In this document: positions 1 to 6,060 of the stretch, piece after piece | Position numbering within the stretch: the first letter of the stretch is position 1 | Layout: each line of letters begins with the position of its first letter | Source of the DNA: a virus | Length of the DNA: 64,000 nt | Reading direction: 5' to 3' (one strand) | IMG/VR virus record: IMGVR_UViG_3300046665_000434 | Location: 64,001 to 128,000 of that record | Made by a program: the position numbers and the translations under genes | The notes under the pieces: model-generated | Told to the model about the DNA's origin: nothing | The model's input: only the letters and a program-made list of their open reading frames with translations | Database searches by the model: none

Positions 1-152
1 CTGAAGGCTACACCTCCGCCCCGAGGTAAATTCCAGTGACGGTTTAATGTGCAAGGCGGATCAAGGCTGGCTGGCCGATGCTTCCGTTTTAGCCATTATC
101 CTAGGTACTGCGACAGGGGCGGTTTTATTTTCATAACCTGAGGTATTTTGTA

Positions 153-362
153 ATGGTAGATCATCCTGAAGACGCAGCACCGAAGCAATCCGATTCTTCA
201 TTGAAAGCAGGCGATCAAGTCTGGTTGAAAAGCGGGTCTCCGGCTCTTACTGTACGTGATGAAAGCTTGTGGGGCGTCGATGTCGTCTGGATGAACGGCA
301 GCGCACTGAATGAGGCGCGTTTCCCAGCGGCCTGTCTCACCAAATCCCCCACGTCTAACTAA
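153..362 (+). CDS. YodC/DUF2158-like small protein
   Basis: ORF with GAGGT SD; motif LKAGDQVWLKSGSPALTV...W resembles DUF2158. Confidence 0.7.
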   Translation: MVDHPEDAAPKQSDSSLKAGDQVWLKSGSPALTVRDESLWGVDVVWMNGSALNEARFPAACLTKSPTSN

Positions 363-369
363 GCATAAC

Positions 370-392
370 GCCGGTGGTCACCCACCGGCTTT
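370..392 (+). terminator. intrinsic terminator
   Basis: GCCGGTGG-TCAC-CCACCGGC followed by TTT. Confidence 0.6.
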
Positions 393-414
393 ATGTCGAT
401 ATAAGGATTGATCT

Positions 415-771
415 ATGAGCCATACCAACGAGAAAGGCAACGTTGTAAAGTTCTGCACTTGCGCCGATTGCATAGCTGCTGACCCAAAAACCCTATCGTC
501 CACCATGGTGGCTGGGGTATTGAATCGAATCTTCAATGACCTATCTGGCGCATTGCGCACGTTCGGTGTCCCGTACACTGAGGAGTATAACGTCAACGTC
601 CAGAAGTATCTCGACAATCAACTGGCCGCACATTTCCCGCTCCTTGGTGAAGCAAACCCTCAAGCGATTGTAGAGATCCTGGAGGATGGGTCAGTCAATG
701 GTTCTTATCGTTTCTCGATGTCTGCTTATTCAAATACAGCACATGTCGACTATTCCGTGAAGAGGGTGTAA
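415..771 (+). CDS. hypothetical protein
   Basis: ORF with AAGGA SD, in operon. Confidence 0.7.
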   Translation: MSHTNEKGNVVKFCTCADCIAADPKTLSSTMVAGVLNRIFNDLSGALRTFGVPYTEEYNVNVQKYLDNQLAAHFPLLGEANPQAIVEILEDGSVNGSYRFSMSAYSNTAHVDYSVKRV

Positions 772-773
772 TA

Positions 774-1250
774 ATGACTATGGAACTTCCACCGATCGAT
801 CCTAGCGATGTTAAGGAATTTGTAGGATTCTTGCTGTGCTGCGGGTTAGCCCTGACCTTGTCGTTCTGGGTAGTGGTTTGGTCTTTCGACGCTTGGCGCC
901 ATCTCTGGGCATGGATTGATGATAATCCAGAGCCCAAAACCAATCCGATGGTAGCGGCAATCATGCGGGCGTTTGGCTACACCGAAGTAGGTCCTCGCTA
1001 TATCTGGCAGACAGGGACAATCTTCTTAAACAAACGCGGTGTATCGGCTACCCTCCCCTACATCGAGATTTCGATAGGTCTATTTATCTTACCGACAGTG
1101 GTGTACACCATCATCTGTTGGTGGGATGTGGTATTGTCGGGCATTGCGCTGGTAGCTGTGGCATTTCTGGCGCGGTATAATCGACGGTTGTTGAAGAAGA
1201 TCGATAAACACGCCGCTGATACTTCGGCGCATGTTCAGAAGGATGATTGA
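774..1250 (+). CDS. hypothetical membrane protein
   Basis: three hydrophobic segments; coupled to upstream stop. Confidence 0.7.
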   Translation: MTMELPPIDPSDVKEFVGFLLCCGLALTLSFWVVVWSFDAWRHLWAWIDDNPEPKTNPMVAAIMRAFGYTEVGPRYIWQTGTIFLNKRGVSATLPYIEISIGLFILPTVVYTIICWWDVVLSGIALVAVAFLARYNRRLLKKIDKHAADTSAHVQKDD

Positions 1251-1251
1251 A

Positions 1252-1542
1252 ATGGGGTTGTTTAGTTTTCTCAAGGCATTGTTCTTCCCGGCGAAAGCAG
1301 ACGCGGTTGGGGCGCAGCGTATCCCTCTCGAAGCGTTCGAAGACATGAGAGTCAAGTTCGGCCTGGATTATGAGATCCATGTCGTGACGATCACCGGATC
1401 ATCAGGTTCTGTACAGCGGTTGTTCAGCAACGGCGATGTTGCCTACCGCACCAAACTTGATCGGATGGTCATCGTTCAATACCACGACATCACCGAAGTG
1501 CGGTACACGCCACCGGTCGATACCAACGGACATGCAGTATGA
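1252..1542 (+). CDS. hypothetical protein
   Basis: ATG 1252 directly after upstream stop, AAGGA SD. Confidence 0.6.
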   Translation: MGLFSFLKALFFPAKADAVGAQRIPLEAFEDMRVKFGLDYEIHVVTITGSSGSVQRLFSNGDVAYRTKLDRMVIVQYHDITEVRYTPPVDTNGHAV

Positions 1543-2057
1543 ACAAACTCTACATCTTAGGTGAGGACCACAACAGCCTTAAAGAGATAGCTCGTATCAA
1601 CGAACGTATAAAGGCTATCAAGCCTGACTACCTGTTGCACGAGCTGCTCTACACGGATCTGTGTCTGACTCGCGAAGAGATCAAACAACGGCTCGACGCT
1701 TGCTCAGAAGGCGGTATCTGTGATCCTCGCCTCAATAAGGATATCTACGAGTTGGGGTATGCTGAAAACATTCCACTTGTCGGTATCGATCTGGATCTGT
1801 CTGGTAGTGCGCGTATGACGCTGCGTAAGCAGTTTGAACTGCGCGAGAAGCAGATGGTGAAGATGATCGAACAGTACCGCACCAAGGGTACGGTAGTCGT
1901 CGTGGTAGGGGATGCTCATCTGAGGACACAATCCACAACCGAGTTAGGTCAGTCATCACCTATCCCGAGGATCTTTGCGGCCACGGCCACTATTGAACGT
2001 AGCCTTACTGCGAAGTATTCGGCAGAGGCGTCAATCCCATCCTGGCTTAAATGGTGA
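1539..2057 (+). CDS. TraB/ChaN/EreA-superfamily-like protein, possibly virion-packaged
   Basis: LGEDH ... HE ... GIDL ... REKQM ... VVVVVGDAH motif pattern; C-terminal SAE...W tail. Confidence 0.5.
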   Translation: MNKLYILGEDHNSLKEIARINERIKAIKPDYLLHELLYTDLCLTREEIKQRLDACSEGGICDPRLNKDIYELGYAENIPLVGIDLDLSGSARMTLRKQFELREKQMVKMIEQYRTKGTVVVVVGDAHLRTQSTTELGQSSPIPRIFAATATIERSLTAKYSAEASIPSWLKW

Positions 2058-2061
2058 GACT

Positions 2062-2433
2062 ATGAACGAGTTCTCGTACAATAGCTTCAATACGTTCCTG
2101 AAGTTTCCAGACCCTACCCCGGAAGAAGTCCGGAAGATGTGCGTCAAAGTCCTCGATGAAGTGATGACGAAAGTCTCCGACTATCTGGCGACAACGATGG
2201 TGCTTCCGAACAAGTCCCGTGTTATGGCACAGCAGAACAAACGCAAACTCGCCAATTATTACCGAGCTCTGCTGAACCATGATGTCGAGAAACAGTTCGA
2301 CATCTATTTCCCGTTCGTAGGTAAAGGTCCTCACTGGCGAGTCTTTTGGACAGCTGACAAATCCACCATCTATATCTCTGGTGTTTATCACGATCACCAG
2401 AAGACGTATGCGGTGGAAGCGGTTGAAATGTAA
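2062..2433 (+). CDS. hypothetical protein
   Basis: ATG 2062 after GGTGA, follows upstream stop. Confidence 0.65.
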   Translation: MNEFSYNSFNTFLKFPDPTPEEVRKMCVKVLDEVMTKVSDYLATTMVLPNKSRVMAQQNKRKLANYYRALLNHDVEKQFDIYFPFVGKGPHWRVFWTADKSTIYISGVYHDHQKTYAVEAVEM

Positions 2434-2550
2434 AAAGTTACGGAAGGTGATAAGGTTATGTAAAACACCGACTGCCGCACTCATGCAGCCAGGTTGGTGA
2501 ATTACGAGGGATACCCGGCAATCCCAGCGCTCTGCGCTAAATCCGGCTTC

Positions 2551-2627
2551 GCAGTATTAGCTCAGTTGGTTAGAGCGCAGCACTGTCACTGCTGAGGTCA
2601 CCGGTTCGAGTCCGGTATATTGCGCCA
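2551..2627 (+). tRNA. tRNA-Asp(GTC)
   Basis: full cloverleaf; CAGCA-ctGTCac-TGCTG; G73-CCA. Confidence 0.95.
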
Positions 2628-2634
2628 CTTTCAT

Positions 2635-2710
2635 TCCAAGGTAGCTCAGTCGGTAGAGCAGCACGCTGTTAACGTGTTGGTCCCTGGTTCGAATCCAGGT
2701 CTTGGAGCCA
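2635..2710 (+). tRNA. tRNA-Asn(GTT)
   Basis: cloverleaf; ctGTTaa loop; GCCA end. Confidence 0.95.
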
Positions 2711-2716
2711 CACAAA

Positions 2717-2792
2717 GGGTTAGTAGCTCAATTGGCAGAGCACCGGTCTCCAAAACCGGTTGTTGCAAGTTCGAGTCTTGCTTAGCCCGCCA
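2717..2792 (+). tRNA. tRNA-Trp(CCA)
   Basis: cloverleaf; CCGGT-ctCCAaa-ACCGG; GCCA end. Confidence 0.95.
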
Positions 2793-2798
2793 TGTTTT

Positions 2799-2885
2799 GG
2801 ATGATGTAGAGACAGATGGCTACTGTCAGCGGACTGTAACCCCGCCGCTTCATGCTAGAGGTTCAATTCCTTCCTTCATCCACCA
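2799..2885 (+). tRNA. tRNA-Tyr(GTA), somewhat divergent
   Basis: ctGTAac loop, variable arm, TTCAATT T-loop, ACCA end; some stem mismatches. Confidence 0.8.
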
Positions 2886-2892
2886 CTTTAAT

Positions 2893-3016
2893 AGTCTTGT
2901 AGCTCACTGGTAGAGCGCGTCCTTTCGGTTCGACTCCGAACATGCCTCGGCTTCGGCCAACGGCGTGATCTGGATACACGGACGAGGTAGCAGGTTCGAT
3001 TCCTGCCTAGACTTCC
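2893..3016 (+). tRNA. interrupted tRNA-Val(TAC)-like gene with 50-nt insert (2925-2974) after U33
   Basis: acceptor AGTCTTG/CTAGACT, canonical D and T arms, anticodon stem CGTCC/GGACG; TT + TACAC rebuilds a 7-nt loop. Confidence 0.75.
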
Positions 3017-3023
3017 TAGCAAT

Positions 3024-3191
3024 AACTCTGTAGCTCAGTTTGGATAGAGCGTCCTCATTTTTCCCCTAGGGGGATTGCAGGTTCAAGTCCTGTCCATTGC
3101 AAGTCCCCTAGGGGAGCCTTGGCTTTGGTGGCGGAATTGGTAGACGCGAACACGAGGAAGGTCACGGGTTCGATTCCCGTCATGAGTTACC
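3024..3191 (+). tRNA. interrupted tRNA-Val(AAC)-like gene with 90-nt insert (3059-3148) that is a permuted Leu-type tRNA
   Basis: acceptor AACTCTG/CA(T)GAGTT, stem TCCTC/GAGGA; AT + AACAC rebuilds the loop. Confidence 0.75.
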
Positions 3192-3198
3192 TGTTAAT

Positions 3199-3295
3199 GA
3201 TCCCCACTCCACTAAATCCCTCAAGGCGTTCTCTTAGGAGTTGCTGAGCGATGGTGGTGCGAGTAATAGCAAGTTAAAACCTTGTGGGGGTCACC
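3199..3295 (+). ncRNA. tRNA-framed RNA (acceptor stem + long rod + T-like arm)
   Basis: GATCCCC/GGGGGTC-A-CC; GCAAG-TTAAAAC-CTTGT; long imperfect hairpin between. Confidence 0.55.
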
Positions 3296-3303
3296 TTTTC
3301 AAT

Positions 3304-3380
3304 TGGGGTATAGCCAAGTTTGGTTACGGCAACGGGCTTTGATCCCGTCATCGCTGGTTCGAATCCAGCTGCCCCTTCCA
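3304..3380 (+). tRNA. tRNA-Gln(TTG)
   Basis: ACGGG-ctTTGat-CCCGT; T arm GCTGG-TTCGAAT-CCAGC; CCA end. Confidence 0.9.
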
Positions 3381-3385
3381 TTTAC

Positions 3386-3465
3386 GATCCTTTGCGACAC
3401 GGTTGCGGTGCCGATCCTGCGATAGTGAAGCATTAGTCCCGGCACTCGACGCCGGGAGGATCACC
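3386..3465 (+). ncRNA. degenerate tRNA-like RNA
   Basis: GATCCTT/GAGGATC-A-CC; CCGGC-ACTCGAC-GCCGG T-like arm. Confidence 0.5.
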
Positions 3466-3475
3466 CTTTCGTTAT

Positions 3476-3564
3476 ACTAGGTTCCTGCCTCGGGCAGGCC
3501 AGCTGTAGGTGACTGCGCGCAACTCCACCTCGGCTGTATGGATAATCGCCATGACCTGGTCACC
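3476..3564 (+). ncRNA. cloverleaf-shaped tRNA-like RNA with long central arm
   Basis: ACTAGGT/ACCTGGT; CCTGCC/GGCAGG; CAGCTG-AGGTG/CACCT-CGGCTG; TATGG-7nt-CCATG. Confidence 0.5.
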
Positions 3565-3570
3565 CTTTAT

Positions 3571-3658
3571 AGTCCTCTAGCTCAGTTGGTTCAGAGCGTC
3601 CCCCTATCTTGCTAACGACATGGGGAAGGTCGTAAGTTCGAATCTTACGAGGACTTCC
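3571..3658 (+). tRNA. interrupted tRNA-Val(GAC)-like gene with 11-nt insert (3606-3616)
   Basis: perfect acceptor AGTCCTC/GAGGACT, stem TCCCC/GGGGA; CT + GACAT rebuilds the loop. Confidence 0.8.
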
Positions 3659-3665
3659 TATTTAT

Positions 3666-3809
3666 AACTCTATAGCTCAATTGGTAGAGCGCCATCATCT
3701 TTAGGTTGCGGGTTCGATTCCCGCATGATCCGCATGGATCATTAGCTCAATTGGCAGAGCAGAAGATCACGCGATGGAGGTTGCAGGTTCGAGACCTGCT
3801 AGAGTTTCC
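3666..3809 (+). tRNA. interrupted tRNA-Val(CAC)-like gene; 69-nt insert (3699-3767) is a complete circularly permuted anticodon-less tRNA
   Basis: outer acceptor AACTCTA/TAGAGTT, stem CCATC/GATGG; inner T arm, acceptor ATGATCC/GGATCAT and D arm; AT + CACGC rebuilds the loop. Confidence 0.85.
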
Positions 3810-3811
3810 TA

Positions 3812-3929
3812 ATGCTAGACCCACCGGGAAGCGGGTAAAACGCCGAGGGGTTGAAATTGGCGTGATGGCCTAGAGGCTCATGTTGGCCCGAATGAGAGTG
3901 AGCGCATTGAAATAATCGGGCCCCCGCAT
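3812..3929 (+). ncRNA. candidate structured RNA
   Basis: non-coding; stems ACGCCGA/TTGGCGT and GGCCCGA/TCGGGCC; possible pseudoknot. Confidence 0.35.
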
Positions 3930-3962
3930 CAACTACTACTACTAGACTAGATGGTGATGCTA

Positions 3963-4493
3963 ATGTTCATGTTGAAAATTATGTCCGGTGAAGACCGGCC
4001 AGATTCTGATGTCTCGAAGTCGTTCAAGGGCGTTATCCTTGGCGATGGGATGTCGTTCGAGTTCTCCCGTAAGGTAACGACTGAAACGGCTCTGCTGACA
4101 TTGACGAGCCCAGATGGCTCTCACGTCACTATGGACCTCGCCGGTAACGCTTACATCGTAAGTAACACCGGTAAGACCGTGGCGTCATTCGCTTACAGTA
4201 ACACCAAGCTCGTTGACGCTGAGGTAGCTAACAGGCCTACGTTCAGCGAGCACGAAGATCGTCGACAGCGAGCAGCTGCGAAGCCGCTCAACTCTGTCTC
4301 AGTGAGTGCTGAAGCGGAAGCACTTACCAGTGCCCGCATCCTCTGGTTGAGATTACACGAACCTAAACGCCTTGACCGGTTGCGTGTATGTCGAAGAGCG
4401 GACGGCAGTCTCGTAGTAAATGATCAGGTCGACACGGTCCGACAATTGGATCAGTGGGGTGTCCCAAACACCTACGGCGAACTACTGAATTAA
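3963..4493 (+). CDS. hypothetical protein; C-terminal domain paralogous to 8371..8685
   Basis: WLRLHEP..RRADGSLVVN vs WLELNDP..RRDDGSLVIN. Confidence 0.7.
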   Translation: MFMLKIMSGEDRPDSDVSKSFKGVILGDGMSFEFSRKVTTETALLTLTSPDGSHVTMDLAGNAYIVSNTGKTVASFAYSNTKLVDAEVANRPTFSEHEDRRQRAAAKPLNSVSVSAEAEALTSARILWLRLHEPKRLDRLRVCRRADGSLVVNDQVDTVRQLDQWGVPNTYGELLN

Positions 4494-4502
4494 AGAGATT
4501 TG

Positions 4503-4664
4503 GCTCCAAGCGGAATCGGGGGATTTCTAACTTGGGGCGTTGTCAGAACAGACGTTGGGCGCGGTTGCTTGAAAGATAGCGTGCTAGCCCATCGAGTTAT
4601 GCTTCCTCCGGCGGCGTTCTGATAACTAAGTGACGGGCTTCAATCCTAAGCAAGCCGGGGACCA
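4503..4664 (+). ncRNA. candidate multi-hairpin RNA
   Basis: GCTCCAAG/CTTGGGGC; GTTGTCAGAAC/GTTCTGATAAC; ends in ACCA. Confidence 0.4.
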
Positions 4665-4685
4665 AATTCTATTGGAGATAACAAC

Positions 4686-5024
4686 ATGGCGTTGGTAAAA
4701 GTACGGGTTGCGGTGACTCGCGAAAGTCTGCTGGGTCGTCTTCTGCAACTCGATCCAGAGATGGATCTCACTGACAGTATCAAGGCGGTTGAAGTTGAGG
4801 CGGTTATCGATGAAGCTGGCGTGAATCATCCCGATTGGGAATTCAACATCAGCACCATTGCTCCGTTCATCACCGGCGTTGGTACTGTCGCAGGCCATGG
4901 CAAGATCAGCTTTACAGTAAACATGCAAGATGGCGCCCTCACCATTGAGTCTACAGAGGCTGCTAAAGACCTGCTGCTGGTTCTCAAGGTTACGACCGAG
5001 AATCATAACCACCGTCCGGTCTGA
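4686..5024 (+). CDS. hypothetical protein
   Basis: GGAG SD, 112 aa. Confidence 0.7.
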   Translation: MALVKVRVAVTRESLLGRLLQLDPEMDLTDSIKAVEVEAVIDEAGVNHPDWEFNISTIAPFITGVGTVAGHGKISFTVNMQDGALTIESTEAAKDLLLVLKVTTENHNHRPV

Positions 5025-5036
5025 CAAGTTTTTTTT

Positions 5037-5111
5037 AGTATCGTAGCTCAGAGGTAGAGCGCGGCCCCGATAAGGCTGAGGTCCGTGGTTCGAAACCACG
5101 CGGTACTACCA
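5037..5111 (+). tRNA. tRNA-Ile(GAT)
   Basis: CGGCC-ccGATaa-GGCTG; ACCA end; C33 is unusual. Confidence 0.88.
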
Positions 5112-5334
5112 TGTGTGCTGATGCGCCGATGTCTTCGACTAGCAGCCTTTGAGCGGGTAGGTCGTGAGCATTGGCGCATTGGCGCCTCTTTTCCCCTCCG
5201 CAGGGGGAGACTTGAGACTATAGGGTATCTTGGTATCACGCCTGAGAATGTGTGCTGGCATATCCTGAAACCTCTGCTGGGAGGTGTCTTTCGTATGTAG
5301 GGGTACTCAGCTCCGGCATCCCGCGACTAATTTC

Positions 5335-6042
5335 GGATAGATAGGGAAGTGGCCAAACCCATCGGATTGACTTATTCTATGTATTTAAACATGGGATACG
5401 TCAATGAACTGCATCCACTGTCAGCGAGAATGTGTTAATTGGAATTCTCGGCGTGCACACGAGTGTCGTTGTCCGATGAATCCCAATCGGAAAGTCTTTA
5501 GCCCCAATCTAGGCAACCGACATTCTGAAGCTACTAAGGAGAGATGTAGGGCTGCCGCTCAACAGCAACATCGGCAAGGTTTAAGTGCCGGTTTCCCTAA
5601 CTGGGAAGGTAGAACTCATCGAGAAGAAAGTAAGTTAAGAATATCCCAAGCGCTGATGGGTAACAGGAATGGTAACCATCGAGGGGATCGACAGTCCTAC
5701 TATCGCGGGATCAGAATGGATTCTAGATGGGAGGTTCGTACTGCCGAGTGGTTAGATGACATGGGTTGTTATTGGAGATATTCTCCGAGGGGATTCCAGC
5801 TATCCGACGGGCGACACTACTATCCTGATTTCTTTGTCTATGATGATGAAGGTTGTTTAGATTACCTGATCGAAGTTAAAGGTTATTTTAGAGAAGGTAA
5901 TCGTTTGAAATTCGAAACGTTTAAACGAGAATATCCTGAAATAGAAATACGGTTGTGGGAGAAACCTCAACTTAAAGAATTGGGTATCCTTTAGAGTCCG
6001 GTCTCTATGAGTACGTCGGTTCGAATCCGACTCTGTCCTCCA
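5335..6042 (+). tRNA. type II tRNA (Leu TAG-like) interrupted after U33 by a 623-nt endonuclease-encoding insert (5369-5991)
   Basis: 5' half GGATAGA..GGG-AAGTGGCCAAA-CCC-A-TCGGA-TT; 3' half TAGAG-TCCGG, variable arm, GTCGG-TTCGAAT-CCGAC-TCTGTCC-T-CCA. Confidence 0.8.
5404..5994 (+). mobile_element. putative homing endonuclease (Zn finger + NUMOD3 repeats + PD-(D/E)XK nuclease) inside a tRNA anticodon loop
   Basis: CxxC..HxxxC; HSEATKER and HREESKLRIS NUMOD3-like motifs; SRWE..YYPDF..IEVKG. Confidence 0.8.
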
Positions 6043-6060
6043 ATTGATGGAAAGGTAACC

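Noticed and set aside
1-130. CCGCCCC/GGGGCGG long-range pairing before a T run, possibly the end of an ncRNA
   Set aside because: Truncated by the window edge; not enough evidence.
3265-3279. AATAGCAAGTTAAAA matches 15 nt of the SpCas9 sgRNA scaffold
   Set aside because: Short AT-rich match with no flanking similarity; here it forms the T-like arm of a tRNA-framed RNA; no cas genes in the window.
4500-4665. tmRNA, 6S or SRP identity for the structured spacer
   Set aside because: No Ala-type acceptor and T arm, tag ORF or SRP loop motif recognisable; kept only as an unclassified candidate.
5369-5991. Group I intron interpretation of the endonuclease insert
   Set aside because: Only 35 non-coding nt, no visible catalytic core and no terminal G at the 33/34 or 34/35 junction. 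A 36/37 junction ends in G but would put a Val GAC anticodon on a type II body.
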